Shown here: positions 20,099 through 29,507 of the stretch, in pieces
Layout of the letters: each line of letters opens with the position of its first letter
Position numbering within the stretch: the stretch's first letter is position 1
NCBI GenBank assembly: GCA_035462575.1
Contig: DATHUD010000712.1
Location: 1-53,287 of the forward strand
DNA: 53,287 nt
Reading direction: 5' to 3'
Source: Thermoanaerobaculia bacterium
GTDB taxonomy: Bacteria > Acidobacteriota > Thermoanaerobaculia > Multivoradales > UBA5704
Notes under the pieces: generated by a model
The model's database searches: none
The model's input: only the letters and a program-made list of their open reading frames with translations
What the model was told of the DNA's origin: nothing
Program-made: the position numbers and the translations under genes

Positions 20099-21081
20099 GA
20101 ATAGAAGCGGTACCCCTCGCGGATCGCCTCCTCGTAGGCGGCGAGGACCCTCTCCCGGCCCGCGAAGGCCGAGACCAGCATCAGGAGCGTCGAGCGGGGG
20201 AGGTGGAAGTTGGTGAGGAGCGCGTCCACCACCTTGAAGGGGAAGCCGGGGGTGATGAAGAGCTCGGTCGAGCCTCCGCCCGGCCGCACCTCGCCTCCGC
20301 CCGCGAGCGCCGCGCTTTCGAGCGTCCGCACGACGGTGGTCCCCACGGCGACGACCCGCCGCGCCCGGCGGATCGCCTCGGCGGCCTCCTCGCCCACCTC
20401 ATAGCGCTCGCGCTCCATCCGGTGCTCCTCGATGCGCTCGGCGGAGACCGGCTTGAAGGTGCCGATCCCCACGTGGAGGGTCACCCGGGCGATCTCGACG
20501 CCCGCCGCCTCGATTTCGGAGAGCAGCTCCGTGGAGAAGTGGAGCCCGGCCGTGGGCGCGGCGACGGCTCCGGGGTTTCGCGCGTAGACGGTCTGGTAGC
20601 GCTCCCGGTCCTCGTCCGTGTCCGGCCGTTCGATGTACGGGGGGAGGGGCACGTGCCCCAGCCGGTCGAGGTGCCTCTCGACGGGCTCCGAGAAGCGCAG
20701 GCGGTGGCGGCCGTCCGGGTCCTTGGCGGTCACCTCTGCGGCGAGCCCGGCGTCGAATTCGAGGACGGTCCCCGGCTTCGCCCGGCGGCCGGGCTTCACC
20801 AGCGCGTCCCACTCCCGCTCGTCGATCCGCTCCAGGAGGAGGATCTCCATCCGGCCGCCGCCCCCTCCCACGCGCGTGGCGTAGAGGCGGGCGGGGATCA
20901 CCCGCGTGTCGTTCAGCACCAGGAGGTCGCCCGGGCGGAGAAGCTGCGGCAGGTCGCGCACCCGGGCGTGCCGCTCCGGGCCCTCCCGGTCGAGCACCAG
21001 GAGGCGGCTCTCGCCCCGGGGGGCGGGCTCCTGGGCGATCGCTTCAGGCGGAAGCTCGTAGTCGAAGTCGCGGGTGAGCAC
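20062..21081 (-). CDS. queA: S-adenosylmethionine:tRNA ribosyltransferase-isomerase
   Basis: 339 aa with FDYELPPEAIAQEP at the N-terminus and TAGLHF and FYSYGDAMF motifs. GTG start. Confidence 0.95.
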   Translation of the reverse strand: MLTRDFDYELPPEAIAQEPAPRGESRLLVLDREGPERHARVRDLPQLLRPGDLLVLNDTRVIPARLYATRVGGGGGRMEILLLERIDEREWDALVKPGRRAKPGTVLEFDAGLAAEVTAKDPDGRHRLRFSEPVERHLDRLGHVPLPPYIERPDTDEDRERYQTVYARNPGAVAAPTAGLHFSTELLSEIEAAGVEIARVTLHVGIGTFKPVSAERIEEHRMERERYEVGEEAAEAIRRARRVVAVGTTVVRTLESAALAGGGEVRPGGGSTELFITPGFPFKVVDALLTNFHLPRSTLLMLVSAFAGRERVLAAYEEAIREGYRFYSYGDAMFVERPA

Positions 21082-21093
21082 GGGCGCGGTCCG

Positions 21094-22353
21094 CTAGACG
21101 GCCGGGGTGTCCTGGAGGACGCTCGCGGCGAGCGCCAGGGCGACCAGCATCAGGCCTCCGGCGGTCCAGAAGGGCCAGCCCGATCCCGCCACGCCGAAGA
21201 TCCAGGTCCCCGCGGCCGGGCCCAGGGCGCGGGCGAGGGCCCCGAAAGAGCGGGTGAGGCCGATGGTGCTCCCCTGCGAGCTGTCGTCCGTCATCCGGGA
21301 GAGGAGGCCCAGGGTCGAAGGCTGGTTCATCCCCTGGCCCACGGCGAGGAGGGCGAGGCTCGAAAGCATCAGGGCGAGGGCGGCCCCGACCGGCGGCTCC
21401 GAGGCCGGGGCGAAGGGCAGCAGGGCGAGGCCCGCGGCCATCAGGAAGATCCCGGAGAGGATGAGCCGCCGCTCTCCGAAGCGCCGGACGAGCCGGCCGA
21501 GGAGCCCCCCCTGGACCACCACCAGCATCACTCCCACGTAGACGAAGAGCCAAGCCGTCTGGGGCGTTCCGAAGCCGAAGCGGTCCTGGCAGAAGAGGGC
21601 GAGGGTCGCCTCCATCATGGAGAAGCAGAAGAGCACGAGGAAGTAGAGGAGCATCAGCCCGCGCAGCGGGGCGTGCCCCCACGCGGCCCGCAGGTCCGCG
21701 AAGTCGAGCCACGACCCCTGCCGCGAGCGCCCCTTGAGCTCCGCCGAGAGCGATTCGGGGAGCCAGACGAGCGCAAAGACCAGGTTCACGGCCGAGAGCA
21801 CCGCGGCGGTCAGGGGAATGAGCCGGTGGCCGAGATGGACCAGGGCCCCCGCGCTCCCCAGGTGGGCGAGGAGGCCCCCGAGGGCGGGGCCAAGCACGAA
21901 GCCGATCCCGAAGGCCGCCCCGATGAGTCCCATGGCCTGCGAGCGGCCCTCCCGGGAGGAGACGTCCGCCACGTACGCCTGGGCGATCGCGTAGTTCGAG
22001 GCGGCGATCCCTGAAAGGGTCCGGGCGAGGAGCAGGACGAGGAAGGAATCGGCCGCCGCGAACAGCAGGTAGGCCGCCACGCTTCCGGCGATCGACACCA
22101 GGAGCACCGGGCGGCGGCCCGTGCGGTCGGAGAGGCGCCCCAGGAGCGGCGCGAACACGAGCTGCGCCAGGCTGTAGGAGGAAAAGAGAAGGCCGATCTC
22201 GAACGCCGAGGCCTGGAGCTCCTGCCCGTAGAAGGGGAGGAGAGGGAGGATCATCCCGAACCCGATGAGGTCCAGGAGGACGGTGATGAAGATGGTGGTC
22301 AAGGCCCGGCGCCGCGGCGGAGCGGGGCGGGAAGAGACGGCGTCGGCGCTCAC
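21094..22353 (-). CDS. MFS transporter (drug:H+ antiporter-like)
   Basis: 419 aa, about 12 TM helices, MFS motif A GRLSDRTGRRPVLL. Confidence 0.85.
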   Translation of the reverse strand: MSADAVSSRPAPPRRRALTTIFITVLLDLIGFGMILPLLPFYGQELQASAFEIGLLFSSYSLAQLVFAPLLGRLSDRTGRRPVLLVSIAGSVAAYLLFAAADSFLVLLLARTLSGIAASNYAIAQAYVADVSSREGRSQAMGLIGAAFGIGFVLGPALGGLLAHLGSAGALVHLGHRLIPLTAAVLSAVNLVFALVWLPESLSAELKGRSRQGSWLDFADLRAAWGHAPLRGLMLLYFLVLFCFSMMEATLALFCQDRFGFGTPQTAWLFVYVGVMLVVVQGGLLGRLVRRFGERRLILSGIFLMAAGLALLPFAPASEPPVGAALALMLSSLALLAVGQGMNQPSTLGLLSRMTDDSSQGSTIGLTRSFGALARALGPAAGTWIFGVAGSGWPFWTAGGLMLVALALAASVLQDTPAV

Positions 22354-22393
22354 AAGGCCGGGAGTGTAGCACCGGCCCGTCGCGCAGGCCGGA

Positions 22394-23377
22394 TCACGGC
22401 ACGGTGCCGGTGTTCCTGGAGCGCGGGTCCAGGGCGTCGCGCAGGCCGTCCCCCAGGAGGTTCCAGGCGATCACGGCGAGCGCGATCGCGGCGCCCGGGA
22501 ACACCGCGATCCACCACGCGAAGGACAGCGCCTCCCGCCCCTCGGAGATCATGTTCCCCCAGCTCGGCGTGGGGGGCTGGATCCCCAGGCCGAGGAAGGA
22601 GAGGGAAGACTCGGCGAGGATCAGGCTCCCCATCAGGAGGACCGTCTGGATCAGGACCGGGGTGAAGGCGTTGGGGAGCAGGTGGCGCCAGAGGATCACG
22701 AGCGGATGCTGCCCCAGGGCGCGCGCCGCCACGATGAACTCGCGGTTCCTGAGGCCCAGGATCTCGGCGCGGATCAGCCGGCTGATCGACAGCCAGCTCA
22801 AGGACCCGAGGATCACCACCATCGACCAGAGCCCCGGGTCGACCAGGGCCGCGATGGCGATCAACAGGAAGAGCGAAGGGAAAGAGAGGAGGGCGTCCAC
22901 GCCTCGCATGAGGAGAGTGTCGACGAACGGCCCGCCCAGGGCGGCCGCCGAGCCCACGGCCACGCCCAGCGTCAGGGCGAGGAGCACCGAGACCACGCTG
23001 ACCGCGAGCGAGATCCGGGTGCCGTAGAGGAGGCGCGACAGGACGTCGCGGCCGAACTTGTCGCTCCCCAGGAGGAACACCCGGCGGTCGGCGACGCCCT
23101 CCGGGGTGAGGTTCAGCACGCCGGAGGCGGGGAGCTCCTGGATCTGCCCCCGCCGCGTGAGGACGAGACCGGTCTCCGTCCTCTCTACTCTGTCCGCCAG
23201 CCGCCAGCCGCCGTCCGCGAGGTGCACGGCGGCGAGCTTCGTCCCCGGCGGCCGGAAGGCGGCCGAGGCCGGATCGAGCTGCTCCGCCGGATCGTAGGGC
23301 GCGAGAAGCGGAGCCGCCGCGGCCACCAGGATGAGAAAAGCGGCCAGCGCCCCGCCCCAGAAGAGAGTGCTACGCAT
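22394..23377 (-). CDS. Peptide/nickel ABC transporter permease (DppC/OppC-type)
   Basis: 327 aa. N-terminal anchor helix plus an ABC TM1 domain. Overlaps the upstream permease gene by 8 bp. Confidence 0.9.
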   Translation of the reverse strand: MRSTLFWGGALAAFLILVAAAAPLLAPYDPAEQLDPASAAFRPPGTKLAAVHLADGGWRLADRVERTETGLVLTRRGQIQELPASGVLNLTPEGVADRRVFLLGSDKFGRDVLSRLLYGTRISLAVSVVSVLLALTLGVAVGSAAALGGPFVDTLLMRGVDALLSFPSLFLLIAIAALVDPGLWSMVVILGSLSWLSISRLIRAEILGLRNREFIVAARALGQHPLVILWRHLLPNAFTPVLIQTVLLMGSLILAESSLSFLGLGIQPPTPSWGNMISEGREALSFAWWIAVFPGAAIALAVIAWNLLGDGLRDALDPRSRNTGTVP

Positions 23378-24338
23378 CGCGTACCCTGGGGTCTGAGAGG
23401 GCGTGGAGCACGTCGGCCGCGAGGTTGCCGGAGATCACCAGGATGGCGGAGACGGCGACGGTGCCCAGGATCAGCGGGAAGTCGCGGGCGAGGATGGCCC
23501 CGAAGGTGAGCCGGCCGAGGCCCGGCCAGGAGAAGACCACTTCGGTGACGAGCGAGCCGTTGAGCAGGGCCGGGAGCGTGAGGGCCAGGAGCTGGACGAG
23601 CGGCGGAAGGGCGTTCCTCATCCCGTGCACCCAGACCACGCGGCGCTCCGAAAGGCCCTTGGCGCGCGCCGTCCTGATGTAGTCGCGGCTCAGGACCTCC
23701 AGGAGGCTCCCACGCACGAAGCGGGCGGTCGCTCCGGCGTTCGTGAGGCCCAGCACGAGGGCGGGCAGAAGAAGGTGCCTCAGGAGATCGAAGAGCCGCT
23801 CGCCGGCTCCCATCTCGCCGGCGCCCACCGAGCGCATGTGGCCCGCCGGCAGCACCGGCCAGACGTAGGAGAAGAGGAGGATCGCCATCAGGCCGAGCCA
23901 GAAGACCGGCTGGGAGAAGAGGAGCAGCGTCCCGATCCGGATCGAGTGGTCGACGGCCGTCCCCGGCCTCCGCGCCGCAGCGACGCCCAGGAGCAGCGCG
24001 GCGCCGAATTCGACGAAGAGAGCCGCGAAGGCCAGGAGCAGCGTGCCGGGCAGCGCGTTTTTGATCGCCTCCGTCACCGGCCTCTGCTGGGAGAACGAGG
24101 TCCCCAGGTCCCCCCGCAGCACCGCTCCCGAAAGCCATGAGAAGTACTGCTCGTGGAGCGGCCGGTCGAGGCCCAGGACCCGCCGCAGGTTCTCCCTCTG
24201 CTCCGCGGTCATGCGGTCGCTCTCCTGGATTCGCGCCGGATCCCCGGGGACCAGGTGCAGCAGGAGAAAGGTGATCGAAAGGACCAGCAGCAGGAGGAGG
24301 AGCGAGGCGGCGAGGCGCCGCAGGAGGAAGGCGGACAA
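23370..24338 (-). CDS. Peptide/nickel ABC transporter permease (DppB/OppB-type)
   Basis: 322 aa. N-terminal LLRRLAASLLLLLLVLSITFLLLHLVPGDP is typical of DppB/OppB. Confidence 0.9.
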   Translation of the reverse strand: MSAFLLRRLAASLLLLLLVLSITFLLLHLVPGDPARIQESDRMTAEQRENLRRVLGLDRPLHEQYFSWLSGAVLRGDLGTSFSQQRPVTEAIKNALPGTLLLAFAALFVEFGAALLLGVAAARRPGTAVDHSIRIGTLLLFSQPVFWLGLMAILLFSYVWPVLPAGHMRSVGAGEMGAGERLFDLLRHLLLPALVLGLTNAGATARFVRGSLLEVLSRDYIRTARAKGLSERRVVWVHGMRNALPPLVQLLALTLPALLNGSLVTEVVFSWPGLGRLTFGAILARDFPLILGTVAVSAILVISGNLAADVLHALSDPRVRDA

Positions 24339-24366
24339 GGTCGTCCGGTGGGCCGCGGGCGGCCGT

Positions 24367-26019
24367 CTACCGCTCGGGCCGGACCCACCACTCCTGGAGG
24401 TTGAAGAACGCCGAGGACGGGCTCGGCCGGGCGTTCTGCACCCGCTGGTCGATCACGCTCAGCCGCTTCGACTCCCAGAGGAAGGTGAGCGGCTGCTCGC
24501 GGTGGATGATCTGCTGGACCTGGCGGACGTAGGGGCCCATCTGCTCCATCTCGCGCTGCTCGAGCGCCTCGGTGAGGAGGCGGTCCACCTCGGCGTTCCG
24601 GTAGCGCATGTAGTTGGCGCCTTCCGCGATCCCCCGGATGGAGAAGCTGCTCGTCAGGTCGAGGCTCGTGTCGACCGAAAAGCCGACGATCGAGCCGGCG
24701 AAGTCGCCCGCGACCGTCCGATCCACCAGAGTGTTCCACTCGACCTGCCGCGGCTCGACCTGGATCCCCACCTTCTTCAACTGATTCTGGATCATCACCA
24801 CGGCGTCGATGCGGAGCTGGTTGCCCGCGTTGGTCAGGATCTCGAAGGCGAACGGCTTGCCGCTCTTGTCGAGGATCCCGTCGCCATCGCTGTCCTTCCA
24901 CCCCTTGGCCGCGAGGATCCGCCGGGCCTCGGCGGGATCGTAGGGCCACGGCGCGATCGACCGGTCGTGGGCCCAGATGAAGGAGGGGACGGGAGAGACG
25001 GCGACCTTGCCGTAGTCACCCAGAAGGGTCTCGACGATCGCCTGGCGGTCGGTCGCGAGCGTGATCGCCCGGCGGACCTCGGGGTCTCTGAACAGCGGAT
25101 GCTCGTTGTTCCAGCCGATCCCCACGTAGAGGTTGACCCAGTAGTCGAGGATCCGGAGCCGGGGCGAGGACTCGATCCGCGGCACGTCAGAGGGGGTGAT
25201 CTGCGGCGAGAACTCGAGGTCGCCTGAGAGGAGCTGGGGGATCAGGCTCGGCTGGTCCGAGATGAACCGCATCACCACCCGGTCCAGGTAGGGGAGCTTC
25301 TTGTCGTAATAGCGGTCGTTGCGGACGAGGACGAGCTGCTGCTGCGGCTCCCACGAGGCCACGGTGAAGGGGCCGGAGACGACCAGGTTCTTCTGGAACC
25401 AGTCCGCGCTCTTGCGCCACTCGGAGAAGGGAAGCTTCCCCCAGGCGTGCTTCGGCAGGATGCCCCCTTCGTTGGCGTTCAGGAGCTGCGCGGAGTACGG
25501 CCGCGAGTAGTGGAAGCGGACCGTATGGGGATCGACGACCTCGACGTCGGTGATCGCATCTTTGGAGACGGCGTTGTCCCAGGCCACGTCCGGATGGATC
25601 TGGGCCTGCCAGGTCCAGCGCACGTCCTCGGCCGTGATCGGCACGCCGTCGCTCCACACCGCGTCCTCGCGCAGGTGGAAGGTCAGGGTCTTGTGGTCCG
25701 GCGACCACTCCCACGACTTCGCGAGCTGGGGCTTCATCGTCGGCGGGTGCTCGGTGTAGTCCGGCTGCTCCTCGACCAGGTGGAGGAAGAGGCGGAACAC
25801 CACCTCGCTCGACGCCTGGCTCGTCGGCTGGATCAGCTCGTTGACCCCGTTCGGCTCGGCCGTCCACCCGGTCACGAGCGTGCCGCCGCGGCGCGGGGCC
25901 TCCTCCGCCGTGCCCGCGGGGTTGGCCGGGCCGGGCTCCTTCTCCTCGGCAGGCCGGCAGCCGGACGCGAGAAGGGCGGCCAGAGGGAGGGCGAGGAAGA
26001 GCTTGGTGGCGCGCGACAT
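24367..26019 (-). CDS. ABC transporter substrate-binding protein, family 5 (peptide/nickel), lipoprotein
   Basis: Lipobox LLASGC after MSRATKLFLALPLAA, then a family-5 SBP body. Start chosen at ATG 26017-26019. The track start 26055 is the alternative. Confidence 0.85.
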   Translation of the reverse strand: MSRATKLFLALPLAALLASGCRPAEEKEPGPANPAGTAEEAPRRGGTLVTGWTAEPNGVNELIQPTSQASSEVVFRLFLHLVEEQPDYTEHPPTMKPQLAKSWEWSPDHKTLTFHLREDAVWSDGVPITAEDVRWTWQAQIHPDVAWDNAVSKDAITDVEVVDPHTVRFHYSRPYSAQLLNANEGGILPKHAWGKLPFSEWRKSADWFQKNLVVSGPFTVASWEPQQQLVLVRNDRYYDKKLPYLDRVVMRFISDQPSLIPQLLSGDLEFSPQITPSDVPRIESSPRLRILDYWVNLYVGIGWNNEHPLFRDPEVRRAITLATDRQAIVETLLGDYGKVAVSPVPSFIWAHDRSIAPWPYDPAEARRILAAKGWKDSDGDGILDKSGKPFAFEILTNAGNQLRIDAVVMIQNQLKKVGIQVEPRQVEWNTLVDRTVAGDFAGSIVGFSVDTSLDLTSSFSIRGIAEGANYMRYRNAEVDRLLTEALEQREMEQMGPYVRQVQQIIHREQPLTFLWESKRLSVIDQRVQNARPSPSSAFFNLQEWWVRPER

Positions 26020-26123
26020 GGGGAGCCCGGTCATCGTACTCGACCCGCCGCGCAAAAAGGAAGCCCTCCCCCCCGGGGCTCCCCGCGGGGCGCCGCAACC
26101 CCGGGTGGTATCCTTGGCGCGGC

Positions 26124-27542
26124 ATGAAACGGGTTTCGAGCTCCCCCTTCTCGCGCCGGCTCCTGGTCGCGTCCCTGGTGTTCGGCCTCTTTGTCCTGTT
26201 CGACATCGCGCTCTTCGGCTGGCTGATCTTCCGGTCGCTTTCGCAGCGCGAGGTCGAGCGGGTCCTCCTCGAGACGAGGGCGGAGGCCGAAACTCTGGCC
26301 AAGCAGATCGCGAGCCGGGCCGAGGCCCAGGGGCGGGACCTCTACACGGCGGTCGCCGTCGAGCGCGAGACCCAGACCTACATCGACCAGATCCTGCGCC
26401 AGCGGGAGATCGTGCGCACGGTCGAGATCCGCGACAAGAACGGCGTCCTCGTCTTCGAGGCGAAGAGCCGCGCGAGCCTGCCGGTCGAATCCGGGACCGC
26501 GACCGTCCCCAAGCCCTCCCCCGAGGTGGGGACGCCCGAGCTGCGGCGGCAGGGCGACTCGGTGGGCGAGGTCACGCAGAAGACGGACGAGTGGGCCTCG
26601 GCCTTCGAGGTGCCGGACATAGAGGTGCCGATCGGCAACGTCGGCACGCTCCAGATCGGCCTTTCGGCCGGCGAGCTCTCCCGGCGGATCGAGGTGCTGC
26701 GGGGCGAGCTGATCCGGCAGGCGACCCTCATCGCCGTCGTGTCGATGGCCCTCCTGATCACCGCCTACGCGGCCGTCTGGCTCCTCCTGAAGCGCTCCCA
26801 GCGGCTGGAGCTCCAGGCGGCGGAGGCCGAGCGCATGGCCTACATCGGCACGCTCGCCTCGGGGCTCGCCCACGAGATCCGGAACCCTTTGAACTCGCTC
26901 AACCTGAACATGCAGATGCTCGAAGAGGAGATCGACGAGCACGGCTCGGTCCCCACGGGCAAACGCCTGCTGTCGATCACCCGCTCGGAGCTGAGCCGCC
27001 TGGAGCGGCTGGTGACCGACTTCCTGGCCTACGCCAAGCCGCGCCCGCTGGAGCTCGAGGACGTCTCCGCCGCGCGGCTGCTCGAGCGGGTGCCCGAGGT
27101 GCTCGCCGGGGAGATCCAGAAGCGGGGAGCCCAGGTGAAGGTGGAGGACAAGACCAACGGCGCCCGGGTGCGGGCCGACTTCGCCCAGATGAGCCAGCTC
27201 CTCCTGAACCTCGCCCAGAACTCCTTGGCCGCCGCGGAGGAGGCCGGCCGCCGCCCGGTCCTCGAGCTCGTGGCCACCCGGCAGGGGCCGTCCGTGCTCC
27301 TGGAGCTCTCGGACAACGGCGTCGGCATCCCTCCGGAGGAGCGGGACAGGATCTTCGACCTCTTCTACTCGACCAAGAAGGGCGGGACCGGCCTGGGGCT
27401 CGCCATCGTCGACCGGATCGCCCGCGCCCACGGCGGCCAGGTCGGCGTCCGCAGCGAGCAGGGGGTCGGGACGAAGATCACGGTGGAGCTGCCGGCAGCG
27501 ACCCCCGAGCCCGCGCGGGCGCCGGTCGAAGCCTCGGCCTGA
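26124..27542 (+). CDS. Sensor histidine kinase
   Basis: N-terminal TM helix, second TM near residue 200, H-box HEIRNPLN, and ATPase boxes LSDNGVGIP and GGTGLGLAIV. Confidence 0.85.
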   Translation: MKRVSSSPFSRRLLVASLVFGLFVLFDIALFGWLIFRSLSQREVERVLLETRAEAETLAKQIASRAEAQGRDLYTAVAVERETQTYIDQILRQREIVRTVEIRDKNGVLVFEAKSRASLPVESGTATVPKPSPEVGTPELRRQGDSVGEVTQKTDEWASAFEVPDIEVPIGNVGTLQIGLSAGELSRRIEVLRGELIRQATLIAVVSMALLITAYAAVWLLLKRSQRLELQAAEAERMAYIGTLASGLAHEIRNPLNSLNLNMQMLEEEIDEHGSVPTGKRLLSITRSELSRLERLVTDFLAYAKPRPLELEDVSAARLLERVPEVLAGEIQKRGAQVKVEDKTNGARVRADFAQMSQLLLNLAQNSLAAAEEAGRRPVLELVATRQGPSVLLELSDNGVGIPPEERDRIFDLFYSTKKGGTGLGLAIVDRIARAHGGQVGVRSEQGVGTKITVELPAATPEPARAPVEASA

Positions 27543-27552
27543 GCTGAAATGC

Positions 27553-27615
27553 GTAGGGGCGGCCCTGTGTGGCCGCCCCCGGATTGGCAGGGCGCCCACA
27601 TAGGGGCGCCCCTAC
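27553..27615. repeat. Composite REP-like palindrome; probable bidirectional terminator between the kinase gene and hsp20
   Basis: GTAGGGGCGGCCCTGTGTGGCCGCCCC has the same core as 12853-12879. It is followed by GGGCGCC-CACATAGG-GGCGCCC, and the whole is closed by GTAGGGG...CCCCTAC. It lies between two convergent stop codons. Confidence 0.55.
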
Positions 27616-27632
27616 AGAAGAAACCCGCGTCT

Positions 27633-28076
27633 TCAGGCGATCGCGATCTTGCGCGGCTTGGCCTGCTCGGCCTTGGGCACGGTGATCGTCAGGACACCGT
27701 TCTCGAAGGCGGCCTGGACGCCCTCCGCGTTGACCTGGCTGGGCAGCGCGAAGGAGCGGGTGAAGGTGCCGTAGGTCCGCTCGATGCGGTGGTAGCTCTC
27801 CTTCTTCACGTCCTTCTCGAACTTCCGCTCGCCCGACAGCCGGAGGATGTTGTTCTCCATCGTGATGTTGATGTCGTCCTTGGTCAGGCCCGGCAGCTCG
27901 GCCTGCAGGCGGTACGCGTCCTCGCGCTCCTGGATGTCCACGGGGGGCATCCAGCCCCGGCTCGCGACCTCTTCGCCCTGGAGGTCGTTCAGGAAGGTGT
28001 CGAACAGCCGGAAGAGCGGCTCCCGGGTGGTCACATAGGAAGCATTGGGATTCCAGCGGGTCACGGAATTCAACAT
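27633..28076 (-). CDS. Hsp20/alpha-crystallin-family small heat-shock protein
   Basis: 147 aa with an alpha-crystallin domain (VDIQEREDAYRLQAELPGLTKDDINI...GVLTITVPK). AAGGAGG SD upstream. Confidence 0.9.
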   Translation of the reverse strand: MLNSVTRWNPNASYVTTREPLFRLFDTFLNDLQGEEVASRGWMPPVDIQEREDAYRLQAELPGLTKDDINITMENNILRLSGERKFEKDVKKESYHRIERTYGTFTRSFALPSQVNAEGVQAAFENGVLTITVPKAEQAKPRKIAIA

Positions 28077-28162
28077 GGTTGATTTCCTCCTTTTAGGTCT
28101 TCAGGTCCTTCAGTTGCCTGGGGCCCGGCAGCCCCCTGGCTGCCTCCCCCGAGTTCGACCCC

Positions 28163-28191
28163 ATGATAATGCAGCGCTAAGGTCTTGTCAA
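28163..28191 (-). promoter_or_regulatory. Sigma-70-type promoter for hsp20
   Basis: On the minus strand, TTGACA (28191-28186), a 17-nt spacer, then TATCAT (28168-28163). This lies about 85 nt upstream of the hsp20 ATG. Confidence 0.55.
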
Positions 28192-28248
28192 CCCCTTTCT
28201 GCAAAGATCTCAGCGATTCGATGTCAGATCATGGGGCGAGGGAGCTCC

Positions 28249-28278
28249 AAAAGAAAAACCCCGCCGGGTGGCGGGGTT
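28249..28278 (-). terminator. Intrinsic terminator of the small zinc-ribbon gene
   Basis: On the minus strand, AACCCCGCC-ACCC-GGCGGGGTT is followed by TTTTTCTTTT. It lies about 30 nt beyond the stop at 28310. Confidence 0.7.
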
Positions 28279-28309
28279 CGAATCTTAGTCTGGCAATGGA
28301 AGATCTTGG

Positions 28310-28471
28310 CTAAGAGCTCATGTCCTCGATCTCCTCCGGCAACGCGAACTCCTCGGGGTTGTCGTTGCCGCAGGCCTGGCAGAGGACCTCGGTGAGCTTG
28401 CCGTCCTCCCACTCGAAGACGTAGCAGGGGGTCTCGCACTCGAGGCAGATCAGATACTCGGGACTGGCCAT
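28310..28471 (-). CDS. Small CxxC-x19-CxxC zinc-ribbon protein (53 aa)
   Basis: MASPEYLICLECETPCYVFEWEDGKLTEVLCQACGNDNPEEFALPEEIEDMSS. GGAGG lies 5 nt upstream of the ATG at 28469-28471, and the gene has its own terminator. The rest of the 476-aa track ORF is antisense to the hydrolase gene. Confidence 0.6.
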   Translation of the reverse strand: MASPEYLICLECETPCYVFEWEDGKLTEVLCQACGNDNPEEFALPEEIEDMSS

Positions 28472-28506
28472 GGTCGCCTCCGGAGAAGGGAATGGAGGAG
28501 GCGATT

Positions 28507-29397
28507 CTAGCGCGATCCGGCCGCGGCCGTCTTCGGGGGATCCGCGGCGGGTTCCGCCTTGCCGGAGGACGCGCGCCGGAACTCCTCCAGGGCTTCGGCC
28601 AGGCGCCCGGGGCACTCCACGTGGACCGCGTGGCCGCAGTCCGGCAGGACCGTGAGGTACGGATCGGGCAGGGCGGCGGCCATGGCCCGGGCGGTCTCCA
28701 GGTTGAACAGGCCGTCCCGCTCCCCCCAGATGAGCGCCGTGGGCATGGGGAGGCGCGCCAGGTCGCCGGCGTCGTAGGTGTCTTCCTCGGCGAGCTGCGC
28801 GAGCGTCCCCTTGACCGCGGAGGAGGTGTAGGCCTTGAGGAACCCGGATCGCGAGATCCGCATCATCCAGGGCACTTTGACGAAGAGGGCGGGGTAGAGG
28901 CGGTCGACGCCCTCCAGGTCCTCGATCGTCACCAGCTCCTGGATGGTGTCCCAGTCCTGGTCCCGGAAGCCGCCCGCGTCGATCAGCACCAGCCGGGAGA
29001 CGAGGTCCGGCCGCTCGAGGGCCAGGCGCACCGCCATCCAGCCCCCCAGGCTGATGCCGGCGACCGTGACGGGCCGGCCCGCGAATTCCCGCTCGAGGAG
29101 CCGGGCGATCACCTTGGCGCCGGGCCGGATGGCGAGGCCGTCGCCCGGGCACACCGTCCCTCCGAGGGCGGACAGCTCCGGCACGAGCAGCCGGCAGTTG
29201 CCGCGAAGCGCGGTCAGGATCGGCGCCCAGGTGGCGGCGACCGCGCCCAGGCCGTGGAGGAGCACCCAGGGCTCGGCGTTCTCGGGCCCGAGCCGGTAAT
29301 AGATGAGGCGGACCGGCCCCACCCGCAGGGCCGCCCGCTCGGCACCCAGGAGACGGAGGAACAGGATGGTTCCGAGGTTCAGGACCTTGAGCACCAT
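28507..29397 (-). CDS. Alpha/beta-fold hydrolase
   Basis: HGLG oxyanion motif, nucleophile elbow GISLGG, and a C-terminal DCGHAVH catalytic His context. Start placed at ATG 29395-29397, which leaves a divergent gap to rplU. Confidence 0.85.
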   Translation of the reverse strand: MVLKVLNLGTILFLRLLGAERAALRVGPVRLIYYRLGPENAEPWVLLHGLGAVAATWAPILTALRGNCRLLVPELSALGGTVCPGDGLAIRPGAKVIARLLEREFAGRPVTVAGISLGGWMAVRLALERPDLVSRLVLIDAGGFRDQDWDTIQELVTIEDLEGVDRLYPALFVKVPWMMRISRSGFLKAYTSSAVKGTLAQLAEEDTYDAGDLARLPMPTALIWGERDGLFNLETARAMAAALPDPYLTVLPDCGHAVHVECPGRLAEALEEFRRASSGKAEPAADPPKTAAAGSR

Positions 29398-29507
29398 GGT
29401 GCCCAGGATACCAGCAAAAAGGATACCTGCCGGGTTGACCGGGAGGTGGTCCTGTGGTACTTTCCGCCGTCCACGCGTCTTTTGACGGACCCCTGGGAGC
29501 ATTCTCT

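Noticed and set aside
26020-26123. Sigma-54 promoter (TGGCAC-N5-TTGC), here and in other intergenic gaps, as a target for the window's sigma-54 activator
   Set aside because: The closest match (GGTATCCTTGGC before the kinase ATG) has the wrong GG-to-GC spacing and sits 5 nt from the start codon. I found no convincing -24/-12 element anywhere in the window by eye.
28077-28156. ROSE/fourU-type RNA thermometer in the hsp20 leader
   Set aside because: The ~80-nt leader has a GGCAGCC-AGGG-GGCUGCC hairpin. It has no CCUCC/UCCU anti-SD stretch or U-run to pair with the AAGGAGG SD, so SD masking is not supported by sequence.
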